Assembly: GCA_963771275.1 (NCBI GenBank)
Contig: CAVYSW010000003.1
Span: 800,001-864,000, forward strand
Source: an uncultured Gemmatimonadales bacterium
GTDB lineage: Bacteria > Gemmatimonadota > Gemmatimonadetes > Gemmatimonadales > GWC2-71-9
DNA: 64,000 nt
Direction: 5' to 3'
Positions 32,455 to 43,423 of this stretch are shown one piece after another. The notes under the pieces are model-generated. The model worked only from the letters and a program-made list of their open reading frames with translations, searched no databases and had not been told where the DNA came from. The position numbers were made by a program, and so were the translations under genes. Position 1 is the stretch's first letter. Every line of letters begins with the position of its first letter.

Positions 32455-33354
32455 CCGGCGCGATCGCCTTCCGAGATGAGTGACTCCAGCAACCGGAACA
32501 TATGACACGGCGGCCCGGCTGATCGAGGTGACGGCCGCCGAGCGCGGCGCCACCGCGCGGCATTGAGCCCCGTGTCTGGCGGTCGCCTTGAAGCCGCGCC
32601 TCTCGCGGGTTCCCCCATTCGGCTCGTCATCGAGCGCGCGCGCTGCGAGGGGGGGGTCGGCGGCTCGACCGAGGCTGGCCGGTGAGCCATGCGGATCGCA
32701 GCTCGGGCAGTGACGAGCCCCTGAACAGGGAATTGAGGACGAAAGTCGGGTGGTGGTCGGGAGACTGTGGCCGAGTCGCTCGGCACGCAATCGACGGGAT
32801 AGGAGGCTGGGGGACAGGGGGCAAGGGACAGGGAAGACGAGCAGCCGCAGGGGCTTAGGCGTGATGGGACCAACTCGAATCCCTCCCTGTCGCCCTCGTC
32901 GGCCCGGCCCGCGCCGCCGAGTGATGGAATCCCGACTAAAGGATACCCTACTTCTGGTAGCAATTGCGCGCCGCAGGCTGATGCCACAGGATAGGTGAGG
33001 GGAGTAGGGGGGTCGCGTAATCCCTTACGACGACGATGTGGTGGAGGACGGGTGTTCCGTCTAACGCACGGGAGGCAGGTGAGGGCGGGCGAATGAAGTC
33101 GCAACCGCGGGTTGGAGTTAGGCGGTCCTGGCCGGCCGAGTCGCGAGACGAATCACCGACTTGGCGGCTGTCTATCGCTCCGGCGCTCTATGGCGTTACG
33201 CACCACGGTTGCCGGTCTAATCCCGCGCCGTTCCCACTGGCGCATGTGGTTGAAGTATTGAAGGGAAGGGCGGTTTGGGTCCACTCGGCCATCGCGCCGG
33301 GGACGAGGGAAATGCTGAAACGCAATCTCTTATTGCCAGCGGGAACGTCCCGCA

Positions 33355-33373
33355 GGCTAATACCTAGTTAGGC
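33355..33373 (+). other. Integron attI core site
   Basis: GGCTAAT-ACCTA-GTTAGGC (L box, 5 bp, R box; same layout as attI1); the first cassette start GTTAGGCCGCACATGG pairs with CCATGTGCGGCCTAAC at 34084-34099. Confidence 0.8.
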
Positions 33374-33393
33374 CGCACATGGGGAGTTAACAC

Positions 33394-34074
33394 ATGGCGA
33401 AGTTGTACCAGCTATTCGTCGGCTGCCCGTTCCGCAAGGCGATTCGCAAGAACTACGATAAGCTTAAGATCGAGCTCGAGAAGGAAACGCCCCTCCACGT
33501 CATTCTCGCGGACACGGGCGCGATCACATCAACCGACTACCTCCTCGAACACATCACCGGCCTAATTACGGAGTCCGACTGCTGCGTGTTCGACGCCAGT
33601 GGCGGTAACCCAAATGTGTCGCTCGAGGTAGGAATCGCGCACGCCGTGCCCGCGGACTTCATCCTCACGTTCAACACAAGGAAGCCCCGCACCAGGGAGG
33701 AGAGGAGCGCCCAGACGGCGGCGGAGCGAGAGGGTGAGGTTCGTCCCATTATCGCCGACCTACAAGGTCGAAACCGTATTGAATACAAGACGTATTCCGT
33801 GCTCAAGCAGCAGCTCCTGACTAGGTACCTCACCGCCCGCCCGTTCATGCAGCGCTGGCGCTCCTTCAAAGCGGAGTATGCAGCATTCGTCGAGGCCTCA
33901 GTGCTTGTCTTCGACGATCTTCGCCGCTCGGGCCGCACGTTGCGCACTCGTGTCGCTCCTCGCCTTTCGGGCACCGGCATTGGCGTGGACGACCTCCTGG
34001 GTGCCCTCTCTGACCATAAGCTCATCGATGTTAGACGTGGCAGGCGAGGCGGCGTGTACTACCCGAAGAAGTAG
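33394..34074 (+). CDS. Cassette 1: nucleoside 2-deoxyribosyltransferase/TIR-like domain plus C-terminal wHTH-like region
   Basis: SDCCVFDASGGNPNVSLEVGIAHA motif; RBS GGGAG. Confidence 0.7.
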   Translation: MAKLYQLFVGCPFRKAIRKNYDKLKIELEKETPLHVILADTGAITSTDYLLEHITGLITESDCCVFDASGGNPNVSLEVGIAHAVPADFILTFNTRKPRTREERSAQTAAEREGEVRPIIADLQGRNRIEYKTYSVLKQQLLTRYLTARPFMQRWRSFKAEYAAFVEASVLVFDDLRRSGRTLRTRVAPRLSGTGIGVDDLLGALSDHKLIDVRRGRRGGVYYPKK

Positions 34075-34092
34075 TGTCCGGAGCCATGTGCG

Positions 34093-34234
34093 GCCTAACC
34101 GGCGCTTGAAGCTGACCGGCGCTCCCGCCGGGCATAGGAATGAGTGGCTGGTGGGTTCTCAGGACCAGGTCATTGACCAGACGTACTGGCTGGTGCACTT
34201 TCGCGCCGGCAGCTTAAGCGCAAGTCCGTTAGGC
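34093..34234 (+). repeat. attC (intact, 142 bp)
   Basis: GCCTAAC..GCGCTTGAAGCTG...CAGCTTAAGCGC..GTTAGGC. Confidence 0.92.
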
Positions 34235-34265
34235 GCCACTGCCACAGTTCAGCTTAGGGCTTCGA

Positions 34266-34778
34266 ATGCCACATCTCCGCTGGGGTTTGGGCCTTCTCCT
34301 TGCGATCGCCTGTGCGCCCTCTCCCGCTCCCCTGGGGAAGGTCGTCATTCGGAATCTCCAGAGCGGAACCGTGTGCGGACCACCGTCGGCACCGCGCATC
34401 TGCCAGATTACATCCACCATCGACGTAACTGGTCAGGGCTCGTGCGTGTTCAACCGCACCACGATCCCCTGCACCTGGTTTGGGTATTCGTTCGACTACG
34501 ATCTTCCGTCCTCTACGGCAACGCTCCAGTGCGAATGGCAGTCGGACGTCGGCCGCAGAATGGGAAACCCAGACCAAGCACTCGCGGAGAATGCATCACA
34601 CGGTCAGTACGAATTGACCCTGCGCAATGACACTCACCATTACATCAATCCGCAGTATCGTGGCTTGTCGGCGGCCGACAGTGGCGGTAGCGTGGAGAGT
34701 CTCAGGCAATCATGCGGGTATGCCGGTGAGCAACTGTTTGAGGTTGCCTTTGAGTTTCGATACCCGATGCGCCCCTAG
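34266..34778 (+). CDS. Cassette 2: hypothetical lipoprotein
   Basis: Lipobox AIAC; cassette ends pair (GTTAGGCGCCACTG / CAGTGGCGCCTAAC). Confidence 0.75.
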   Translation: MPHLRWGLGLLLAIACAPSPAPLGKVVIRNLQSGTVCGPPSAPRICQITSTIDVTGQGSCVFNRTTIPCTWFGYSFDYDLPSSTATLQCEWQSDVGRRMGNPDQALAENASHGQYELTLRNDTHHYINPQYRGLSAADSGGSVESLRQSCGYAGEQLFEVAFEFRYPMRP

Positions 34779-34808
34779 CGCACCAGCCTTGTGCTGACCG
34801 CCAGTGGC

Positions 34809-35377
34809 GCCTAACCAGCGGAGGAGCGGGCCGTGCACCAGGAGCATGCGGACGTAGGTGTTGCCCTGCTTGGTGATCGCGCCAGCCGCCGCACGGCACC
34901 GCGGAGTGCTCCGCGGCGTGAGGCCGAGGTAGGCGGCGAAGTCGCGGCCCGAGCGGAAGCGGTGGATGTCGCCGACGAACGCCACCAGCGCGGTGGCGGT
35001 GAGGACGCCACGCCGGGCACGGTGCGCAGGAGTTGGGCGTCGGGCATCTGCTCGGCCAAGCGGGTGAGCTCGGTGCGGACGACCTCGGCCTTCGCCTCGA
35101 GCCCTCGATTTCTTCCAGCACGATCTGGAGCGCGGGTCGGAGCAGTGCGGGAACGGTGTCGGTCTCCAGGGCTGCGTACACCCGCGGCCGCACATGGTGG
35201 GCACCCACCGGGATGACGCACCGAACTCCCGCAGGTGGCCCCGCACGGCGTTGATCCGAGCGGTGCGGGTCTGGAGATAGCCTTGCCGGAGCGGTGACGA
35301 CGACATACAGCTGACGAGGGCGCTTATCTTGCGGCTGCGCCGCAGCGCCCTCGCCGCTGATGCGCAGGTCGTTAGGC
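34809..35377 (+). repeat. attC (86 bp) split by an IS110 fragment
   Basis: GCCTAACCAGCG (34809-34820) and CATACAGCTGACGAGGGCGCT...AGCGCCCTCGCCGCTGATGCGC..GTTAGGC (35304-35377) rejoin into one hairpin. Confidence 0.8.
34821..35303 (-). pseudogene. IS110-family transposase internal fragment
   Basis: RTARINAVRGHLREFG, LLRTVPGV, FRSGRDFAAYLGLTP, ITKQGNTYVR in shifting frames. Confidence 0.85.
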
Positions 35378-35421
35378 GGCAGCGAAAAGGTCGGCAACGT
35401 ATTCTCGAGACCGTCGGGTCC

Positions 35422-36060
35422 TTGCTCATCATCATTGGATGGGGCCTCCTTGATCGGCTCGGGGCCCTGCGCATGCTGCGTCAGCGAATGCATCGCGTCA
35501 TCGACTTCGGCAATAGGCTGAAGACGTACTGGGATAGCGCCGGGAACGATCAACAGACCTATCTCGAACTCGTGCGCGATTCAGCGTTGATCCAGTCAGA
35601 GCTCGGTGGGTTCGGCGTCGTTGATTGGAAACCGCATGGTGCGAACTACATCATGCACGACTATCAACTGGTCGTGAATGGTCTTGGCGAGATCCAGCAC
35701 TGGTTGCCACAGCGAGCTCTCTTCTCAACGGTGGATCCGGCAAAGGACTATGCCGACGCGATTCGGGATGCGCTTCTGAGATTCGTCGGCGTACTCGAAC
35801 AACGCGAGCATCGAGTCCTTGCCGACATTCGGAATCCTCTGATTCTCTTCCGGGAAGGGATAAGAGCCCTTATAACGATCCCGGTCTGGATAGCAGGATC
35901 TCTTGGATTGATAACGCAGGACACAGTCGGAAGGGTCCGGACTGGCGCCGTTGCGCGCGTGCTCGGTGGGATAGTCGCAACCATCGGCTTCGTCTCGGCG
36001 ATCATCGGCGCTGTCACTGGCTGGCGTGCCTTCCTCGACATCATTCGCAGCTGGTTCTAA
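35422..36060 (+). CDS. Cassette 3: hypothetical membrane protein
   Basis: ORF fills the cassette; terminal TM segments; start uncertain. Confidence 0.7.
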   Translation: MLIIIGWGLLDRLGALRMLRQRMHRVIDFGNRLKTYWDSAGNDQQTYLELVRDSALIQSELGGFGVVDWKPHGANYIMHDYQLVVNGLGEIQHWLPQRALFSTVDPAKDYADAIRDALLRFVGVLEQREHRVLADIRNPLILFREGIRALITIPVWIAGSLGLITQDTVGRVRTGAVARVLGGIVATIGFVSAIIGAVTGWRAFLDIIRSWF

Positions 36061-36075
36061 GTCGAATGTGCTGCC

Positions 36076-37373
<1,298 letters not shown>

Positions 37374-37407
37374 GCAGCACGCCGGTGAAGATCCAGAACC
37401 GCGCCTG

Positions 37408-38208
37408 ATGCGCCCGCTCATCGGGAGGCTTGGCGTGAATCCTCCACTCTGGTCGGTGCCCGGTCTGGCGACGGTCCTCGCGATTGCCGCGTTCTCACTA
37501 TGCGTTGGCTACGGTACCTACTGCTGGGTTCAGGTTCTGAGGAACCGACTCCCCGGCGTTCGTTGGTGGGAGGGCATAGGTCTAGAGGGCAGGGGGTTGA
37601 GTGATCTCGGCCACCAATACCTGCGTCGCTTCTACCGCTCGTTGGCCATCGGAGTCATGGTGCTGTTTGTGCGGGCCTTGGTCCCTGCGGGATCCCCGAT
37701 GCCCCCCAGCGATCTCCCACAAGGCCCGCCCCGCCCCATCGAAGAAGCGGTTTGGGAGGCTGTGTTGGCAGCCTATGCGACGCACGCGTTCCCGTCCGTC
37801 GCGGACAGCGTCCGTGCCAAGCTCCCCGCTCCCGTCGGGGGAGCGCCGTCTCCTGCGCCAGTCATCTTGCTCGCGCGCCGGGATAGTAGTGAGGCCCCGT
37901 ATCACCGTCCGTGGCTGGAGTCGCTAGCGGCTCGATCCTTGGTGACGTCGGTGTGCCGGGCATTGGGTGCAGGTTATTGCTCGGAAAGTGAGGTCAAGAC
38001 CTACCTTGAATTGCACGATCCTCAGTTCGTCGCCCCGGATACGGCGGTCGTCACCGTGTACGAACAGGGTGTCGACTGGAGTTCCTGCGGACATTGGCAC
38101 CGCAGCATCGGCGGCGATCTCACCGTGGAGTTTCGCCTAGCCCACGTTGCAGGCCGCTGGACGATCATCTCGCGCCATGTCCTGGACGCCAGTACGATTT
38201 CTTGTTGA
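37408..38208 (+). CDS. Cassette 4: hypothetical membrane-anchored protein
   Basis: ORF fills the cassette; two N-terminal TM segments. Confidence 0.65.
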   Translation: MRPLIGRLGVNPPLWSVPGLATVLAIAAFSLCVGYGTYCWVQVLRNRLPGVRWWEGIGLEGRGLSDLGHQYLRRFYRSLAIGVMVLFVRALVPAGSPMPPSDLPQGPPRPIEEAVWEAVLAAYATHAFPSVADSVRAKLPAPVGGAPSPAPVILLARRDSSEAPYHRPWLESLAARSLVTSVCRALGAGYCSESEVKTYLELHDPQFVAPDTAVVTVYEQGVDWSSCGHWHRSIGGDLTVEFRLAHVAGRWTIISRHVLDASTISC

Positions 38209-38355
38209 TGGCGTGCTGCCTAACCGGCGCTTGAAGCTGGCCGGCCCTGTACGTTCACGAAGGAAGAGGTCTTTGCTCGCGTGGTGAGTTCCTGGGTGCG
38301 TTCATCGACACACGTTGCTGCTGGCGAGAAATGGCCGGCAGCTTAAGCGCAGATC

Positions 38356-39777
38356 TGTCAGATGACAAGACATCGCTCTGTCCGGGAGATGACAAGACAT
38401 CGCTCCCGTATGGTGGTCGGTCGGAACGGAGCCACCCCGGGGAGGGGAAGAAGGGGAGGCCAGGGTCGGTCCGCCACGTTAGCGCAGCCGGTAGTCATGG
38501 GTGTCGATAAGCTGTCCGTCGAGGTACACGAGGAGCCGCTGCTCGCTGACATCCACCGTGGCGCGGACGTATTCGTACACGGCGGCCACGGGGACGGGAA
38601 AGCGTTCGCCGAAGATATCCAGCACGCGGTCGCTCCGAATGAACCGCATGAAGTGGTAGCGGCCGCGCTCGGGCTTCGGCAACGGATGCCTCGGAGGCGA
38701 AGCCGTGTCTGGGAAGCGCAGGAGCGCGCCACTCGCGCGCAGCACCGCCAGGGGAGTACGGCCGTGCAATTTGCTGTACCGGTAGCGCGCATTGTGATGC
38801 TCCTCAAAGCGCCGGCTCTCGCGAGACAGGGCACCGGCGTCCTCCAAGGGAACCCGGCGGCGAAACCGGTGCTCATAGAGGTCGTTGAATTTCTCCACCA
38901 CCCCATTCCGCCACGGCTCCGCGATCGGGATGAAAAGCGGCTCCACCCCCTGGGGCAAACACAGACGGATCAGCGGCCCCATGCCGCGGGGGTGACGCCG
39001 GCTCCCGAAGAAGACCAACTCGTTGTCGACCTGCCCGTAGCGCGGCACCCCCAGGCGGCCCCAGGTGGCCCAGATCGCATTGATGGTGGCCTGGGCATCC
39101 CGCTGCAACGCGGGCTCCACCGCACAGCGCCCGGTGGCCAACTCCACGGTGTTCAGGCTGTAGAAGCGCAGCGGCGGCTTCCCGTAGCGGGGCCCGACAA
39201 AGTCCATCTGCTGGACGCTGCCGACCGCGGTGCCATCCGGTGCCGGATACTTCTTGCCCTTCGGCTGGTACGGCTCGGCATCGGGGGCCACCGCGCCGTG
39301 GCGTGCCAGGATGCGCGCGATCGTGCGCGCCGTCGGCACCTCGGGGGTCTGCAACGCCTCCAGCTCCCAGAGGATGGCCTGCGCGCCATGGAACGCCCCC
39401 TCGCGCTGGAGCTGCCCTCGCATCGCCAGCACCAGCGCCTCCACGGCGGGCGTGCACTGCCTCGGGCTCCGGTGCGGGCGGCGGGACCGATCGCGAAACC
39501 AGGTCGGATCGTCGGGGTCCGCTCGGGTCAGCCACTTCCGCACCCACCAGGGGGAGCGGTGGAGGGACGCGGCAATGGCACTGACACTCTCGCCTGCCTG
39601 GTACCGCTCGAAGGCTTGCTGGCGCTCCTGCTCGAAATCTGGCTCCATGCGCTCCCCGCAGCTCGCGGCCGGAACGCATGGTGCACCGCACTGCCCAAAA
39701 ACCAAGCCTCTCGCGTGAGTCCCAGAAGCGATGTACTGTCACTTCCCGGCGAGGGCGATGTCTTGTCATCCATCACA
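38356..39777 (-). mobile_element. IS481-family element
   Basis: TGT...ACA termini, GATC duplicated at 38352-55 and 39778-81, repeated GATGACAAGACATCGC motifs at both ends. Confidence 0.88.
38479..39648 (-). CDS. IS481-like DDE transposase
   Basis: HTH, DRSRRP, QMDF / VDNE / NGVVEKFN triad. Confidence 0.9.
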   Translation of the reverse strand: MEPDFEQERQQAFERYQAGESVSAIAASLHRSPWWVRKWLTRADPDDPTWFRDRSRRPHRSPRQCTPAVEALVLAMRGQLQREGAFHGAQAILWELEALQTPEVPTARTIARILARHGAVAPDAEPYQPKGKKYPAPDGTAVGSVQQMDFVGPRYGKPPLRFYSLNTVELATGRCAVEPALQRDAQATINAIWATWGRLGVPRYGQVDNELVFFGSRRHPRGMGPLIRLCLPQGVEPLFIPIAEPWRNGVVEKFNDLYEHRFRRRVPLEDAGALSRESRRFEEHHNARYRYSKLHGRTPLAVLRASGALLRFPDTASPPRHPLPKPERGRYHFMRFIRSDRVLDIFGERFPVPVAAVYEYVRATVDVSEQRLLVYLDGQLIDTHDYRLR

Positions 39778-39847
39778 GATCCGTTAGACCGCGCTCACTA
39801 CCATCCCCGCGCGTGAAGAGCGCCTTCTATGGATCCACGGTCGTTCC

Positions 39848-40453
39848 TTGAATCAGGCCGCTGCTGATCTAGTCGAAGCCGCCAACGCTGAGCTTGTTCG
39901 CGCTTGGAGCGGACCGGAGGTCACTTGCATAGCAACCGTGCAGGGTGACGGGTCCTCAGACCGGCTGTGGCTGTTCCGGATCCGATCAGGGGACCAGAAG
40001 GTCGCCACGGAATTCGCAAAGCGGCTCCGGTCCCACATCGACCACCTGAAGCCACTGAGACTGAAACGCCAGGTCAACCTGCCGACACCACTTGTCGCCA
40101 AGCCATACGGAGCTGGCCACAGGCTTGATCTTGGACTGCACGTGGTCAACGATATCTGGAACGGCTCGTTGATGCTCTTCTTCTATTACGAGGGGCGGTT
40201 CTACAATCCTCCACACCTACAGCTGCCTGACATGCATCGATTCGCGGACGTCGCCGCGGCCCTCTGGCGTTCGGCCGCCTGCGATTGCCATGGTGCCACC
40301 CACTGCCCGGATGGCTGTTGGGAATGTTTCGACCTTCGGTGCAGCCGCTGCGAGGGAACTGGATGGAGGGACTATAGCCTCTGGCTACGCCGCGGCCCAC
40401 GCATCGATTACAGTAGCGGTTGGCCGCTGGCAATGGTTGAGAACGCGGTCTAG
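39848..40453 (+). CDS. Cassette 5: hypothetical protein with a Cys-rich C-terminus
   Basis: CDC...CPDGCWEC...CSRCEGTG; stop falls in an attC remnant; start uncertain. Confidence 0.6.
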   Translation: MNQAAADLVEAANAELVRAWSGPEVTCIATVQGDGSSDRLWLFRIRSGDQKVATEFAKRLRSHIDHLKPLRLKRQVNLPTPLVAKPYGAGHRLDLGLHVVNDIWNGSLMLFFYYEGRFYNPPHLQLPDMHRFADVAAALWRSAACDCHGATHCPDGCWECFDLRCSRCEGTGWRDYSLWLRRGPRIDYSSGWPLAMVENAV

Positions 40454-40482
40454 CTGCCGGGCGGCGTAGGCTGTGACTGGCG
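40444..40482 (+). repeat. Collapsed attC remnant
   Basis: CGCGGTCTA|GCTGCCGGGCG equals 45884-45917 minus 14 nt; GACTGGCG also shared. Confidence 0.6.
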
Positions 40483-40539
40483 ATTGGCGGGCAGACTTCG
40501 GCATGAACGACGCCGGACCCCGGATGCGAAGGAGAGGAG

Positions 40540-40716
40540 ATGCCAGCGGTACTGAACGAGATTCTCGACGTGTTCTACGCGAAGCTCTCAGAGTCGGATT
40601 CGCTCGATGAGCAGACGATCAAGGCGCTGCGCACACTCTTCGCGTCGGGTAGGAACCTCAGGGCGGACGACTTGGTTGAGATCCTCTCAGCCGCAGCGAG
40701 GGACCCTCGACCATGA
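40540..40716 (+). CDS. 58-aa helical protein coupled to the ATPase (absent from the ORF track)
   Basis: MPAVLNEILDVFYAKLSESDSLDEQTIKALRTLFASGRNLRADDLVEILSAAARDPRP; RBS AAGGAG; ATGA overlap. Confidence 0.75.
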   Translation: MPAVLNEILDVFYAKLSESDSLDEQTIKALRTLFASGRNLRADDLVEILSAAARDPRP

Positions 40717-43166
40717 TCCAGATCGAGTCGGTCCGTATACGGGAGCTGCGGGGAATCCGGGATCTGGAGATCGCGCCGAACCGGAAGAACTTCCTCGTCT
40801 CGGGGCCGAACGGTTCCGGCAAGAGCGGTGTCGTCGACGCGATTCAGTTCGCCCTGACGGGCGAGATGGCGCGCCTTAGCGGCAAGGGCACCGGCGGGCT
40901 GAGCGTGCAGCGTCACGGGCCGCATGTTGAGCGCAGGGACGACCCGGCCGCCGCGCAAGTGTCACTGCGCTTCTACGTGCCGGAAAAGAACAAGTCCGCT
41001 GTGCTGACCCGAAGCGTCAAGACGGCAAAGACCTTTGGGCTGGAGCCCGACGATCCGGAAATCAGAGCGATAATTGAAGAGGTCGCGCAGCACCCGGCAG
41101 TTACCCTGTCGCGGCGCGAGATCATCAAGTACATCCTTGTCGAAGCCGGGCAACGGTCCAAGGAGATTCAGGCGCTCCTGAAGCTCGAAGAGATCGGCGA
41201 GACGCGGGGTGTGCTGAAGACCGTCAGCAACAAGCTATCCATTGCCTCCAAAGCGGCGCAGCGCGATGTGGAAAGCGCGGATGACGCGTTCCGGCGTCTT
41301 CTGGACGTGAGGGCCCTTTCGAAAGAAGACATCCTCGCGGCTGTCAACGCGAAGCGCAGGACGCTTGGTCTGACCGAGATAGCTGACCTTGCCGCCGACA
41401 CGAACTTGAGCGCGGGTGTCCTGGAAGGCACCGCACAAGCGGGCTTTCACAAGGAGTCCGTGCTTCGGGATGCGGAAGCTCTCCGCACAGTGGTGGCTGG
41501 TTTGCCCACGCTGGGCAAGAAGGAGGCCGAGAGCGTAGTTCGTGATCTGACCGCGCTGGAAGGCGACCCGGCACTGTTTGAAGCGATTACGCGCCGTGCC
41601 TTTGTCGCGCGCGGCCTCGCGCTTGTCGGGGATGCGCACTGTCCGCTGTGCGACAAGGATTGGGAAAACGAGGACGCCTTGAGGGCGCATCTGCAAGAGA
41701 AGCTTGCCCGGGCGGATAGGGCCGAGGCGGTGCAAGAGCGGCTGCTGGGAAACGGTGCTGCGATAGCCGGCCAGGCACGCCGGGTTGCCGGACTGGCCGA
41801 GGCGGTCGAGCTGGTAGCGAAGACGGACGGCCCGGATGGGTTGTACCAAGATCTCGGAGACTGGTCGGCGGCGTTGCGCGCCTTTGCATCGGAGCTGGAC
41901 TCGGTCGAGAAGATCCGCGGGCACCGCAAGCGGCTTGAAAACGGCTGGACTGCAGCGCCTACATCCTTGAACGAGCGCTTGGATGCGCTGAAGACGGCCG
42001 TTCAGGCCAAACCAGACCAGAGCGCAATGGTTGCCGCCCAGACTTTCCTGACGCGGGCGCAGGACCGGCTTACGGCATGTCAAAGCGCGCGGCGCCAGGC
42101 GAAACGCGCCGCGGCGGCGGTCGAAGCTGGGAGGGCCGTCTACAACACGTATTGCGAGGTAGCGGACGCGTATCTGAGCGCCCTGTACGAAGCGGTGGAA
42201 AACGATTTCGGCTCGTACTACCGCGACATCAACCCGGACGATGAAGGCGGCTTCAAAGCGAAACTCGCACCGGCGGAGAGCGGGCTTGATCTTGAGGTGG
42301 CGTTCTACGACAAGGGCATGTTCCCGCCTGGCGCGTATCACAGCGAGGGACACCAAGATGGCATGGGGGTGTGTCTATACCTCGCGCTGATGCAACGCTT
42401 GCTCGGCACTCGCTTCGGGTTCGCGGTTCTCGATGACGTGGTGATGTCGGTTGATCAGGGGCACCGGAAGGAGTTCTGCAGGTTGCTGAAGACGCGCTTT
42501 CCCGACACACAATTCATCATCACCACGCACGACAAGGTGTGGGCGAAGCAAATGCAGACCGAGGGACTTGTTGAGGCAAAGGCCGGTGTCGTCTTCCACA
42601 GCTGGAGCGTCCAGACTGGTCCGATCGTAGAACAGGCTGCCGGCGTTTGGGAGCAGATTGAAGCCGATGTCGCGAAGGGCGAGTTGGATGTTGCGGCGGG
42701 TCGGTTGCGCCGCCACATGGAATACATTGCCTGGGACCTCGCCGATCAGCTCGTGGCAAGGCCTCCTTTCCGCGGAGACCTCGGCTACGAGCTCGGCGAC
42801 CTGCTGCCAGCCGTTATCGGGCGGTACGGGGAGCTCCTGGGGCGGGCCGCCAGGGCGGCGAACGCGTGGAGCAACGACGACGAAAAGGCGAAGGTGGAGG
42901 CCCTGAAGACAGCGTGGTCGGAAGCTCTCGCCAGGCACGGCGGCGAGGCGTGGGTCGTCAACAAGGCCGTCCACTGCAATGCGTGGGCGGATTTCACCAA
43001 AGGGGAATTCCGGCAGGTAATCGAAGCGTTCAAGGGCCTGCTCGCACAGCTTTCCTGCTCGAAGCCAGCCTGCGAGTCATGGTGTTACGTGACGCCGCGG
43101 AAGGCCGATCCGGAGTCGCTGCGTTGCCGTTGTGGAGCGGTGAATGTCAATCTCAGAGCGAAGTAG
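40713..43166 (+). CDS. SMC/Rad50-like ATPase with zinc hook (RloC-like architecture)
   Basis: GPNGSGKS, coiled coil with CPLC, HSEGH, VLDDVVMSVD, TTHD; ~190-aa C-terminal extension. Confidence 0.85.
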   Translation: MIQIESVRIRELRGIRDLEIAPNRKNFLVSGPNGSGKSGVVDAIQFALTGEMARLSGKGTGGLSVQRHGPHVERRDDPAAAQVSLRFYVPEKNKSAVLTRSVKTAKTFGLEPDDPEIRAIIEEVAQHPAVTLSRREIIKYILVEAGQRSKEIQALLKLEEIGETRGVLKTVSNKLSIASKAAQRDVESADDAFRRLLDVRALSKEDILAAVNAKRRTLGLTEIADLAADTNLSAGVLEGTAQAGFHKESVLRDAEALRTVVAGLPTLGKKEAESVVRDLTALEGDPALFEAITRRAFVARGLALVGDAHCPLCDKDWENEDALRAHLQEKLARADRAEAVQERLLGNGAAIAGQARRVAGLAEAVELVAKTDGPDGLYQDLGDWSAALRAFASELDSVEKIRGHRKRLENGWTAAPTSLNERLDALKTAVQAKPDQSAMVAAQTFLTRAQDRLTACQSARRQAKRAAAAVEAGRAVYNTYCEVADAYLSALYEAVENDFGSYYRDINPDDEGGFKAKLAPAESGLDLEVAFYDKGMFPPGAYHSEGHQDGMGVCLYLALMQRLLGTRFGFAVLDDVVMSVDQGHRKEFCRLLKTRFPDTQFIITTHDKVWAKQMQTEGLVEAKAGVVFHSWSVQTGPIVEQAAGVWEQIEADVAKGELDVAAGRLRRHMEYIAWDLADQLVARPPFRGDLGYELGDLLPAVIGRYGELLGRAARAANAWSNDDEKAKVEALKTAWSEALARHGGEAWVVNKAVHCNAWADFTKGEFRQVIEAFKGLLAQLSCSKPACESWCYVTPRKADPESLRCRCGAVNVNLRAK

Positions 43167-43230
43167 AGGTGCTGCTGCGCCATCAGCGACTGGCCTCATG
43201 TCGATTGGATGAGTCGTGGAAATCACCGCA

Positions 43231-43360
43231 GTCTAACCCGGCCGCAAAGTTGACGAGCCGGATGGATGACTGAGATGATTGAGCGCACGGACAGATCAGG
43301 CACGCTCCGCCCTCCGTATGCCAGGCGAGGAAAGGCCCGCAACTTACGGCCTCGGCAGGC
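43231..43360 (+). repeat. Degenerate attC (R' lacks GTT)
   Basis: GTCTAAC-CCGGCCGCAAAGTTGACG...CGCAACTTACGGCC-TCGGC-AGGC. Confidence 0.6.
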
Positions 43361-43423
43361 CGTATTGACGTCCCCAATGCTTGCGCCCTTCTCGTCGACC
43401 CCTTTGCTAGATCCGGCATCCTG

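Larger units (their letters stand above)
38218..39789 (+). repeat. attC split by IS481
   Basis: GCCTAAC at 38218...CAGCTTAAGCGCAGATC | CGTTAGAC ending 39789. Confidence 0.88.

Noticed and set aside
33010..33034. Palindrome GTCGCGTAA-TCCC-TTACGACGAC as a dif site
   Set aside because: 4-bp spacer and no XerD arm; could be an operator but unsupported.
33059..33123. GTCTAAC...GTTAGGC resembling an attC upstream of attI
   Set aside because: No complementary L boxes or stem, and no cassette ORF.
33333..33363. TTGCCA...GCTAAT/TAATAC as cassette promoter Pc
   Set aside because: Poor -10 at 17 bp spacing; cannot be supported without TSS data.
32451..33371. ORFs upstream of attI as integrase
   Set aside because: No R-H-R-Y tyrosine recombinase motifs; low-complexity translations.
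38362..39816. 484-aa plus-strand ORF
   Set aside because: Antisense to the IS481 transposase; no recognisable motifs.
40713..43166. ATPase as housekeeping Smc/SbcC/RecN or Wadjet
   Set aside because: Non-canonical signature, extra C-terminal domain, no partner genes, cassette context.
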